Shown: positions 1 to 13,473 of the stretch, in pieces | Position numbering within the stretch: the first letter of the stretch is position 1 | Layout of the letters: the number at the start of each line of letters is the position of its first letter | Assembly: GCF_009914755.1 (NCBI RefSeq) | Contig: NC_060935.1 | DNA length: 64,000 nucleotides | From: the human T2T-CHM13v2.0 reference genome, Homo sapiens | Direction: 5' to 3' (one strand) | Program-made: the position numbers and the translations under genes | The notes under the pieces: generated by a model | Seen by the model: the letters and a program-made list of their open reading frames with translations, nothing else | Databases searched by the model: none | Told to the model about the DNA's origin: nothing

Positions 1-1382
1 TGACTTTAAAAACACAAGAGAACAAAGCCTCTATGTATCCAACAAAGCTTTTTCATGAATTAACTAAATTTAAAAAATTTTTAATTTGCTTTTTCACAAT
101 GGCATCTACATATATTTGAAAATAGTATTTTTTTGACAACTGACACTACAATAATTCTGAGGTTCCCCACCAAGGGGTCAGCCCAAGATTTGGGGAACCC
201 TTGCCCTAAATGACACAGGGAGGTCAAAGAAAAGTTTCATGGAGGCAGTGAAGTTTGAGCTATGCCTTAAAGGCTAAGGATTAAGTTGCCAGATGCACAG
301 GAAGGGACAATGAAAGGACACTGTAGACACAGGAAACAGCAAAGGTAAAGGCATGGTGAGGATACTATTAGTTCCTATTGGATTACAGTCTCAGAGACCA
401 GTCTTAAACCTTGGTCTTTTTCACAGTAATCAGCAAAATGCCTTGTACTGATTAACCAAACGAACATAAGAAATTTTAAATGAGTATGAAGAATCCAAAG
501 AAAGTTATAAGAAAGTTCTTTTGTGAATCCTACAGTGACTATAATCTGTAAGACTTAAAGTCCTAAGATCTTGTGCCAAAAGAAAATGAACACAATAAGA
601 ACAATTTTGTACACTATTTCCAATTTAAAAGATTAAATAAGCTAAACCAAATGATAAGGACCGGGGCTTTCCAGAATAGTAATAAAACCAAGATTCTGGA
701 TCACATGCTTGACAGGTAGATTTCATTTTATGCTCTACATATTTTTTTGCACTGAAATACACAGAAAAACTTACACAAAGTTTATATTAGAGCCCTTTAT
801 TTATTAATTCTTAATATTTGAATAAATAATTCTGTATTTAAGGGCACCACTTTCACTGCCTCCTAAAGGTAAGTATACTTGGTTGACTGGAAAGGGCAGT
901 GTTTTTCTAGTTTGTGTTTATTTTTCTGTTCAAACATATGAAAAGTCTATTCTTCACTGTGCAGGAAAATGCAAAGCAGATTTAGAGGGTGCTTATGGGT
1001 TTCTTTCACCTCTCCCTTAAGAAACTGGTAAGACAGGAATGTGACAAATGGCACAAGGTTTATAAAACAATAATTTGCCCTTTATCATGATTAGAAAGTT
1101 GGCTGACTGAACAGAAACTTATATAAAGTTCAGAAACAGACCCCTCACACACACAGGAAGCTACAATTAGTTGGGGAGTCATATGGAAATTTCAGGGCTT
1201 CACTGGTTGAGAAGCAAACAATGCAAAGATAGAGGACACTCCACAAGGCAAGAGGGATTTGTAGGGTTTCTGGCCTTACATATTTTGTTAAACAATAGCC
1301 AAAAAATAAGATAAAATAAAAATATCACTATAAATGTTTTCTTATCCAGCACTATTGGAGCAAACAATAAAGAACCAATAAT

Positions 1383-1700
1383 GGCCAGGCACAGTGGCTC
1401 ACACCTGTAATCTCAGCACTTTGGGAGGCTGAGGCAGGAGGACTACTTGAGGCCAAGAGTTCAAGACCAGCCCTGGCAACACTGTGAGACTCCATCTCTA
1501 CAAAAACAACAACAACAACAACAAAAATTTAAATTAGCCATGTGTGGTAGTGCACACCTATAGTCTCAGTTACTCAGGAGGTTGAGACAGGAGGACTGCT
1601 TGAGCCCAGGAGTTCAAGGTTATAGTGATCTATGATCACACCAACACACTCCAGCCTGGGCAACAGAGCAAGACTCTGTCTTTAAAAAAAAAAAAACAAA
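1383..1700 (+). mobile_element. Alu (AluJ-like)
   Basis: Dimeric Alu with A-rich linker and tail. Confidence 0.9.
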
Positions 1701-1782
1701 AACTAATAAGATAGGATGCTGGATGCTGTTAGTTATTTGAAAGGTCACAGAAATTATTCAAATAAATTTCTTTGGAAGATAG

Positions 1783-2138
<356 letters not shown>

Positions 2139-3057
2139 TCATGCTTTATTTTCACATATACTGTTTCATTTGAAACAGTTTTTGCAAATGTCAGAGTAAT
2201 TTTTAATTCCCTTATCAGATGGATTTTTTATTTACTCAAATAATTCCCAAACAACTGTTGAACGCAAAGCACTATGCTAGGCGCCCTAGAGAATACAAAG
2301 AAGAAAACTGAAACCCCCAATGAACCCTGATGCTTAGGCTGCAGCAGGCTAACAGGAGAGACTTGCTGAATGAATGAATGGTTTTTCCTGGAGTATTCCT
2401 CTGCTACCCATCAACATGGCAACTTCCTACTTATCCTTCAAGGCCCAGTTCAAATATTGCTTCCTATTGAGCATTCCCTTTTCTGTATCCCATGGAATAA
2501 ACTGCCCCTGTGTCCCTAAAGTGTTCTATACAAATACTCATGAAGATACTTGTTGCCTTATGGTTGTTTACTTACCTGTTTGTCCCACTGAACTGGGCTT
2601 AAAGGACCATGACCTACTCATTTTTTATTCCCCAGCATTTAGTATAGTGCCTGGCACCCAGTAGAGGTTCAGTTAGGTGTTTGCGTTAATCAAATAAGTC
2701 CACTGCTTTCAGAATAATAGAGGAGATGATGTATATAGTTAAGCTCAGAATCGATGAAGCTTAAAGAAAATAACTGCTTAGATGGAGCTCTAAGTTTTTA
2801 TTGTTTTTTCCCCTCCAGGCCATGCCAAACATGAGCCAGCAGTCCACAATGGAAGGACAGTAAAGACTACCTCCAGAAAGCTCTAGAATGGGGGCTTGGG
2901 GGAAAATGGGATTTTAAGTTCAGTTCTCAGTTATCTAAAATTAAGGCAGGCTTAGTAAAACCACCGAAGGGATCTAAAATGACTGGAGAATGGTTAGAAA
3001 CCTGGTTATCTAGAAAGAGGGGGATTCTAGAGACCATACATAGTCACTTAAAAAGCA

Positions 3058-3170
3058 GGGGTGTGCCAGTAGTCCCAGCTACTCAGGAGAGGATCGCTTC
3101 AGCCCAGGAGTTTAAGGTAGGCCTGGGCAACACAGCAAGACCCAGTCACCAAAAACAAAAAAACAAAAAA
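3058..3170 (+). mobile_element. Alu monomer (FLAM-like)
   Basis: gtagtcccagctactcagg...cagcaagaccc plus A-rich tail. Confidence 0.7.
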
Positions 3171-3334
3171 GTTAGGGATGAGTATGGTAAGTGACCACAC
3201 GCAGTAGCCTAGTTTGTGGAAATATGTTCTTTTTCTACTTTCCACAGGGACCAGGCAAAACAATCATATTCTCTTCTCATAACAGAGCAGCTCAGAGGAG
3301 TATGTACGTATGTGTGTGTACACATACGTACCTA

Positions 3335-3467
3335 TTTTGTTTTATTTTTTAGAAACAGGGCTGTGCTATGTTGCCCAGGCTGGATTTGAACTCCTGGGCT
3401 CAAGTGATCCTTCCACCTTGGCCTCTGGATTAGCTGAGACTCTAGGCTTGTGCCACCATGCCCAGCC
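3335..3467 (-). mobile_element. Alu monomer (FLAM-like)
   Basis: Reverse monomer preceded by T-rich tail. Confidence 0.75.
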
Positions 3468-4581
3468 ACATGCACGTGTTGAATACTCATTCTGTACCAG
3501 GCACTAGCAAGTGCAATTCTGAAGGGGGAAGTAATCCCCCAGGACAAGTTAACACCCACTTAGAGTATGAACCACTTGGTTCCCAGAGGGGAGAAGTACC
3601 TTTCCCAAAGTCACATAACACAGCAAAGATAGACTCTCAGTTTAGTGTTCCTCCCACCAGCTAGTTCCATGGCTCTCTCTACTGATTAACAGAACCAGCT
3701 AATGGTCCTTCAATAATCCCACGCTCACAATGCCACAGTAAGATTTAAAGATAGCTTGTATTTTAGTTATACCTAATCCAGGTCTGTGACAGGGATAAAG
3801 GGAAATCCTCATAGTCCTGGATTCCAAAGGAGGTATGAAGTCTACTCCCGCCTGGGCCCTAATCCACAATCTGTCTATAAAAGACATCTCAGTCAGCTTT
3901 ATTCTGGTGCTTCCTGCACCTGGATGAGAGACAGGAAGCAGCATATCACACTTACCTGAGGTCTCTGGCGGTTATAATGTTCTGCAAGGACTGGCCAGCC
4001 CTGTCAACTCAATCTAAAGCAGTTTAACCAGTCAATGCAAAAGTTACACTGCCCTTGAAGAACAGAAAGATAAAGACAGCCCAGATGATCCCAAGGAAAG
4101 TGGTAGGTTTAAGTTTTGTGTAATGTGAGGCATTATCACCTCCCCCCGTGGCTTTAGGCGCAGCATTAGTCACCTGCTAAGGAATTGTTCTGATGGATGA
4201 GATAAGACTCAGGTAAGCAACAGGGAGCCCAAAGGTTAGTGGCAAGAGCCTTTCATTCAAGGGAAGAAAAAACTAACAAAAAAGGGGTTTACTTCACAAC
4301 CACTTTCAAACTAAATTCCATGGGGATATTCAAGAATACATGTTCTTGTTAATCTGAGATACAAAAAGAGGTCTAGGCATACAGATGTTCAACACATTAT
4401 TACTTATGGCATTAAAAAACTGGAAACAATCTCAGTATCCAAAAACAAGGAATTGGTTAGAAAATTCTGGTATATCCATATGACAGAATCTAGCTTTATG
4501 ATGAGAAGACCTCATGCTGAAGACCCGAGGCTTATTTAAATCGATCAATAAAAGCATATCCAGCAGCCATTAAAAATTATC

Positions 4582-4838
4582 TCATGTATGATTCCATTTA
4601 TATGAAATATCCAGAGCAGATAAGTCTACAGAGACAGAAGGTAGATTGGTTGGTTTCCAGAAGCTGAGAGAAATGGGAAAAACTGGCTTAGCAGATAAGG
4701 GTTTTTACCTTGGAGTGATGGGACTATTCTGGAACTAGACAGAGATGATGGTTGTAAAACACCATGAATGTGGTGAACACCACTGATTTGTTGACTTTAA
4801 AATAGTTAATTTTATATTACATGAATTTTACCTCAATA
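4582..4838 (+). mobile_element. L1MB-like 3' end
   Basis: tgtatgattccatttatatgaaatatccaga...gaattttacctcaataa is typical of L1MB 3' termini. Confidence 0.7.
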
Positions 4839-4841
<3 letters not shown>

Positions 4842-4872
<31 letters not shown>

Positions 4873-5152
4873 AGACAGAGTCTCGCCCTGTTGCCCAGGC
4901 TGGAGTGCAATGGCACAATCTCAGATCACTGTAACCTCCACCTCCTGGGTTCAAGCAATTCTCCTGCCTTGGCCTCCTGAGTAGCTGGGATTACAGGCAT
5001 GCACCACCACGCCCGGCTAATTTTTTGTATCTTTAGTAGACACGGAGTTTCACCATGCTGGCCAACTTGGTCTCAAACTCCTGACCTCGTGATCGGCCCA
5101 CCTCGGCTTCCCAAAGTGCTGGGATTACAGGTGTGAGCCACTGTGCCTGGCC
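4842..5152 (-). mobile_element. Alu (AluS-like)
   Basis: Long poly-T; TSD ttacctcaataat at 4828-4840 and 5153-5165. Confidence 0.92.
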
Positions 5153-5183
5153 TTACCTCAATAATTTTTTAAGATCATATCTC

Positions 5184-5492
5184 AGCCAGGCATAGTGGCT
5201 CACGCCTGTAATCTCAGCACTTTCGGAGGCCAAGGTGGGAGGACTGCTTGAGCCCAGGAGTTCAAGACTAGCCTGGGCAACATGACAAAACCTCACCTCT
5301 ACAAAAAATTTAAAAAATTAGCTGAGCATGGTGGCACACACCTGTAGTCCTACGTACTCGGGAGGCTAAGGTGGGAGGATCAATTGAGCCCGGAATGCTA
5401 AAGCTGCAGTGAGCCATAATCACACCACTGCATTCCAGCCTGGGCAACAGAGCAAGACTCTGTCTCAAAAAAATAAAAATTAAAATAAAAAA
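5184..5492 (+). mobile_element. Alu (AluJ-like)
   Basis: Full dimer with A-rich tail. Confidence 0.9.
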
Positions 5493-6213
5493 GGTCACGC
5501 TTCAGAGGAAAACTTTGTATCATAATGCAATATTTATGGGATTTTTTAAGTAAAAACAGAAAAAAGAATATCTGTGTATGCATGATTCCAAGTTGTGGTG
5601 AGGAATAATGTGCGTATATGCATGAGAAAGGAAAGACTGGCAGCGTAGACATGCAAACAGCCACAAAGAGTGATTAACTCTGGATGGAGGAATAATTAGT
5701 ATAGTTTTTACTTTCCATCTCTGTGCTTTTCCTCTGTATTTCCCAAATTTTCTACGGTCTAATATGCATTATTTCTGCAATAAGAAAAAGAACTATTCTG
5801 CAAGTGCAAGATATACAGATGTATACATGGAGAATGTAAGACCTCAATAATATTTAAAATGTCCCCAAAATCTAGAAGGAAATATGCTAAAATCGTAGCT
5901 ATCATAATCCTAGGATGGTAGGATTATAGGTGACTTATTTTCTACTTTGCTAATTGCTCAATTGCACAGCCGATGTAACCAGAGCAAAACATACTGAAAA
6001 GAAGAAAGATGAACACTGTAACCCAGAAGCAGAATGGGCAGTACCCATTGGAAAAACAGAAGTGTCAATGCTGGGGTGGGTACAGGCGGGTGGGGGGAAA
6101 GAGGCCTAGAGCCCTACCTAAGCCAGGAAGCTCCTTTTGTTTACACTTGCTGGCTGGCCACCTGCCATCGCACCCTTTCAGACGTTAGCCCAGCTTCCCT
6201 GACACCACTGTTG

Positions 6214-6456
6214 TTTCGTTTTTTGTTTTTTGTTTTAACTTTTATTTTAGGTTTGTGGGTACATGTGAAGGTGTGTTACATCCGTAAACACATGTCACAT
6301 GGGTTTGTCGTACAGATTATTTCATCACCCAGGTATTAGGCCCAGGACCCAACGGTTATCTTTCTGCTCCCCTCCCCATGCCCTCCCCCTCAGGTAGACC
6401 TCAGTGTCTGTTGTTTCCTTCTTTGCTCTCATGAGTTCCCATCATTGAGCTCCCAT
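6214..6456 (-). mobile_element. L1PA/PB-like 3' end fragment
   Basis: ttttaacttttattttaggtt...gggtacatgtg...gtacagattatttcatcacccaggta is an antisense primate L1 3' end. Confidence 0.75.
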
Positions 6457-8904
6457 GTCTATCCACTTTCAATCTCTCTCCATCCAGTCAGTGGGAATGG
6501 ATGGAACTGTTAAAAAAACATGACAACTGGAAAGAAAATTCAAATCCTGTCTTGTGTGTGCCAGATTACCTCAGGAAACTGCAGAAAACATGTTTGTAAA
6601 CGTTTAATAAAATTCACAGAGCCAAGAAATGTGCCTACATGCTTGGATTATCTTTTTTCAGGTTCAGCACCCAATGAGGGTGATGTGTGAGAGGCCAGGC
6701 CCATAGTGAATCAAGTTTGAAAAAGTGGACTAAGGAGAGCCATAAGAAGTAACATCAGGTCTGAACACCCAGGATAGTAACAGATGAGAATAATGAACCT
6801 GAATTGGCTCCGTGAAACCGCAGTGGTATTGAAACCACCTTGATAGAAAGGCTGGAGCAACAAAAGGCCTACTCAGTTGAAATCTAATCTGTGTTAATTA
6901 ACGCCCCTGAGAATGAAAACACTTCTTTATCAGTGTGTGGTTCCTGGCTAAAGCTCTCCCATAAAACCTGCTTCTGGAGGGGGTTGCGGGCTCCCCTCAG
7001 CAGCCCTGGAGGACTGTACCTACTTCCCCCCAGGTACCAGGAGGCAGGGCCTGCCTCCCCGGGCCAAGCCCAACTGAAGGAGCCCAGGTAAGGCTGCAGG
7101 ATTGTCAGAGCTAAAACCTACTGCCCCCCAAGGGATCTACTGACAGACCAGAAGATGTGCAGTGGCAGGTCCTGCCCCCCAACCTCACTCCTGTGCCCTC
7201 CTTTCGCTGGCCCAGGCTGTGTGTGTGCACACACGCCTCCACATCCACACAGGTTCTCACGCCCTGCTCTGCTCCGGCTTCACTCTCCACTTTAGGCCAC
7301 GTTCCTTTCAGGGGCCCCCTTCACTCCCGGACGCTGACCCTGTTCCCTTTTGTCCAGAATGCATAGCACCCCCACCAGCTCCCCTGCTTCCACAGCCAGG
7401 ACCCAAGTCCAGGACTCAAGTCCCACCCGCCCTGGAGAAACATGCTACTGTTCCCAAGTGCCTGGCACCCAGAGCAGGAGGCATGGGCCCCAGAAGCCTG
7501 AGCTGGGCCAGGAAGTGGGAATGAGATAAGCCATCTAGATTCCAAATTCTCCCTGTATTTACTCAAACGTTGCCTGAGCTCTGAGTTGGGGGGCAGGGGA
7601 AGAAGGAGACATACACACCCCACCCACCTCCACCGCCATGGGCAGAAACAAGCACTGCAGAAGGTCACAGATGAGGCAAGCGTCACCCTAGGGGTTCTAG
7701 GAAGGCCCTTCCCTCATCTGTGACCTTCCCATGTGAAGTATCCAGCACAGAGTCCCCTGCAACAGTAGGTGCTAACTATAAACAGGTGACTGCAGGGCAA
7801 AGAGGAGAAAGGGGAGCCACAGCCCAAGGTGATACTCAACCCCTGGGTCCCTGCTCAGCCACAGGAGAGGTGCTTAAATAATAAATAACAAACAACAACG
7901 ACTGTGTAACAGCTACACCCCATGGCTGAGGCCTCCCAATGCCTTAGGGTGGGAACACTGCCATGAGGGACCCTACCTTCACCCCTAACAGACAGATGGG
8001 GACACCGAGGCACACAGGGGGCTGGCCTAGGCTGGGAAAGCAGCTCTCACTCCAGTTACCCACAACTCCTTGAACCCAAGCTCATCCTGAAACTTCCAGC
8101 TTCGTTTCACCACGTCAGCCCCTGCCTGTCTTTCCTCCACAACAAGAGACCCAGCCAGCAAGTCCCCCTCCACCCCACTCAAGGAAGGCCACTGCCCCGT
8201 GCCCAAGAGGGGGTCTCTGTCTAAAAAGCTTGATTCTCTGAAACATTCCTCCTCATTATCAGCTTTTTTCCAAATCCAAAACACAAAACCCTCAAGTTTT
8301 AGAAAAATCGGGTCATTCAGCGAAGTTTCCTCAGTGAGGTCCCCAAACCACCCTGTCCCCATCCCCAGTCCCAGCTGGTTTCTCTGCCACTCACTAGGAT
8401 GACCAAGGCTCCAGAAGAAAGGACAGAATCTTGGCGACTCAGCCAGGCAGGGCTGTGGAAAGGCCGCCCAAGCGCCTTGAGGTGGTCCTAACGCCAGGCT
8501 ATGCTCAGCTCATCGGAGAGTAAGACTCAAAGATGGGAAAAGTACCTGCTTCTCACACCAGCCCTGGCCTCTCAAAGGCTATGAGCCTTCCTCAGCTTCC
8601 AGCCAGGCAGCCAAGAGCTCCAGAGAGTTTACAATTACGGGCTACAGGCAACCGGAGAAGTGGCCCAGAAAAGAGGCCCTCCAACCCTGCACCCACCCCT
8701 GGCTGTGCCTGGAGGGTGACATCCTGAGCTGTTATTCTCCCCTGGGCAGCATCATCCCCAGAAGGGGACAGAGTTGTTTCAACCTTGGTCCTCAGACACA
8801 CCCTGGCATCATCAAAGTGAGAGACAGGATTCTGGCAGGGCCCGGTGTGTGGAAGGTCACAGCAGACCCATGGCATCTTCCAGAGAGGGGGTGAGAAGGC
8901 CATG

Positions 8905-9110
8905 GACTTTTGAGTCAGATGGTCCTGAGATGAAATTCAGGTTATGCCATTAATTCGTGATTTAACTTAGGCAAGTCTTTCACTTCTCCGTGCTTCAGTT
9001 TTCTCACCTGTAAATTAGGATCAGTACCACCTGCCTCATTGGCTGCTGTGAGATAACATGAGTAAAACACCTATGGAAGGGTCTGGCACATAGTAAGTGC
9101 ATGACGAATA
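8905..9110 (+). mobile_element. MIR
   Basis: Core ggcaagt...ctcagttttctcacctgtaaa...ctggcacatagtaagtgc. Confidence 0.65.
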
Positions 9111-9462
9111 TGTCCTGTGGGGCCTGACCACAACACACCAGGTATAAAGCAGGAGCCTACGTTGCAAAATCAAGCTGATCCCACTCCCACTTCAGAAGGG
9201 AGGAAATGGGGGGAAGCAAGTCAACCTTTAATCGATTCTTTTTCCTAAAACAGTGCCCTGTGCTTCAGATGAGGAGGCAGCCCTGTGGCTTTGGCAGAAA
9301 TGACTGATGTACATGGTGGCAAAGTGCTAGAGACAGACTGCCTGGATTCCAATCCCATCTTTGCCTCTCGCTGGCTGTGTGGCCATGAGGGGGCTAATTA
9401 GCCTATGTTTTCTCACTCTGAATGGGCATTATCACAGTGTCCACCTGATGGGGTGGTTGTGA

Positions 9463-9951
<489 letters not shown>

Positions 9952-11029
9952 TGAACTTGTGTTTCTAAGAATGTCTCATGTACCCACATCTCCCAGAAGC
10001 AACAACAACAACAACAAAAAGAAAATCACAGTGCTCAAGATATGGGGCCTGGCTACTGGTGCCTTGGGAACTAGATGGCACTGAGTGGAGCTCTGAGTTA
10101 AAGATACAAGAGAAGCAAATGCATACTTGTTCCTCCCACTGCAAGACAATCAGAGTGACGAGGAGCAAGGCAGCCACTGCAACCCTCTGGATTCAGCCTC
10201 CTTTTCTGTAGATGAGGTGGCCTTCCACTCCTTGACCCAGGATGTATCACGGAAAGACAAGGCCTTGTATACAGTGCAGTCCTCCTAGAGGAGGGCCATG
10301 CCACTTCTGTGCAGCTCCAGGACTGGGACAGGGATGGTGACATTAGAAAAGCAGAGAAGCAAGTGCCTGACCTATAACCATATTTGGTATTTTCTAGACT
10401 TCAGCATCTTTTATTTTTAGAGGTATGTGTTCCAATTTGGTTGAGGTAGCTGCAGGCTCCTTGTACCTTGCTTAATTTAGGACTTTTTTTTTTCTTTTTT
10501 GAGGGTGGAGTAGGAGTTAAATACAGCTTTACTCAGCCACCCCCTGGATTCTAAGCCCTAAATTTAACTCCAAAGAAACTTGTCTTGCCCTACTTCATGA
10601 TTCCAAACCATAGACAGAAACTATTACCTGTTTCTGCAAATCAGAGAGCCCTGACAATGGAGCACCAGGGAGGTGTGTCATCCATCCTGGGGTGCTGGGC
10701 TGCAACACTGGAGCTGTCGTCAGCTGACTGGGGAGAGGGGCAAGAGGGGGAACAAACGGCCCTACTTTGTGGCCTAAATCTTGATGAACATGTCCCCTGG
10801 GGAGCCAGGAGAGCTATTTGTACAGCCAGTCAGAATGACCAGGGTGTGGCCACAAGTGTCCCATTCGAGCAGCCCTAATCTGGCAGCAGGTATCCAAAAG
10901 GACAGGGACACCCTGGCATCTGATCAGTAGGTGCACTGCATTTGGACAAAAGAATTAACTACCAGTTTCTCCAACCCTGCCCCCAGCCACCTCTCATCGC
11001 TTTTATGTTTAAGGTCTTATTCTTACTTT

Positions 11030-11627
11030 ATTATATTCGCAATGTTGTGCAACCAACGCCACTATGTTCCTAAAACTTTGTTACTACCTCAAACAGAAGC
11101 ACTCTTAGTTATCAACAACCCCCGATTTCTCCCTTCCCTCAGGCCCTAGAAACCTCTAATCTACTTTCTGTTTCTATGTATTTGGCTATTCTAGGTATCT
11201 CATAAAAGTGGAATCATAGAATTTGTTCTTTGGTAATTGGCTTATTTTACTCAGCATGATGTCTTTGAAGTTCCTCTGTGTTGTGGCATGTGTCAAAATT
11301 TCCTTCCTCTTCAGGGCTCAGTAATATTCAATTATATGTATATATCACATTTTGTTGATCCATTCATCTGTTGATGGAAACTTGAGTTCTTTTCACCTGT
11401 TGGCTACCATGAATAATGCTGCAATGCACCTAAGTGTACAAATATCTGTTTGAGCTCCTGCTTTCAATTCCTTTGGGTATATACCTAGACATGAAATGGC
11501 TGGATCACAGGGTAATGCTATTTAGATTTTTGAGGAACCACCAAAGCAGGGCAGCTGCACTATTTTACATTCCCACCAGCAATGCACAACACACAAGAGT
11601 TCCAATTTCTCCACATCCTCACCAATC
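11030..11627 (-). mobile_element. L1MB-like fragment
   Basis: aatctactttctgtttctatg...catttcatctgttgatgg-like...ttacattcccaccagcaatg antisense L1 3' region. Confidence 0.75.
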
Positions 11628-12159
11628 CTTGAGCTGTACCCAAGCCTAGGAAACAGCCTTTCCCTCATACCCCAGGATGTCTGCACACTCTTGGAACTTC
11701 CTGAGGGGCTTTGGGGTAACAGCAAAGGACTGCAACCAGAGAAGCAACTAGGAGTGTTTCACTCTGGGATTCCTTCAGTTTGGTAAAACTCCAGACAAAA
11801 AGCATGAGGGCTGGCTGGGCAGGGCCTTTCCTGCTTCTGAAAATCAGAGCACCTGAAATTGGAGGTCCAGCCAGCTGTGCGCTCTCTTACAGGGCACTGC
11901 GCTGCAGTAATAGAGCATTCCTTAGATACTGGGGGACACCAGGGGTCTCCAAAGTGCACAGCACTCAATCCTGAGGTGCTCAAGATGACCCACGGAGTTC
12001 TAGAAGAAAACAGTAGAACACCTATTCAGGTTTATTTTTATGCCATCCTTTTACAATTGTGTGTGTTTTCATTAGCACAGCAGGTATGTATATAATTTAT
12101 AAATGAGCATACATGTGTTGGGGCAAATGCTCATTTATTAATGGGATATACATGATTTA

Positions 12160-12489
<330 letters not shown>

Positions 12490-13002
12490 GGTTTGAAGAC
12501 CCCTATCTTAGACCAATTCTTCCTTTGTTGTAGTTTTTTCCTCTGAATTTTAATGTATTGTGTCAATGGCAATGAGAAAGATATCTGGGGGAAATAACTC
12601 ACAAAACCCACCACCCTCATCCCCTTAGTGCCTGACACTTCTCTATTGCCAACTCACCTTTGGGTTCTCCTACTCCTGGGGGAAGTGAGAGACAGGCATC
12701 TGTAGACAGAGATGCAAGGGGAGGGGAGAATGGGCAGTGTATTTTCTTCTCCCTGAGACACATACCCTACTCCAGCTCAAAGCCCAGAAAAGGGAGGTCT
12801 GTATCCGAGAAGTGAAGAGCTCAGCTTTGGAATCAGAGATACCTGTGGGTGAGTAGTGGCAACCCCATTAACTTCTGAGGCAAATTAGGTCATTTCTTTT
12901 GGCCTCGATCTTCCCATCTATGAAATGGCAACAAAATACTAAGTATCTATGTCAGTGAGTGGCTGTAAGGAGTAAATGAGAGAGTCCAGATAAAAGCACT
13001 CA

Positions 13003-13473
<471 letters not shown>

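Noticed and set aside
4498-4520. C/D box snoRNA-like motifs (ATGATGA...CTGA)
   Set aside because: The boxes are only ~12 nt apart, antisense to the host transcript, and there is no terminal stem.
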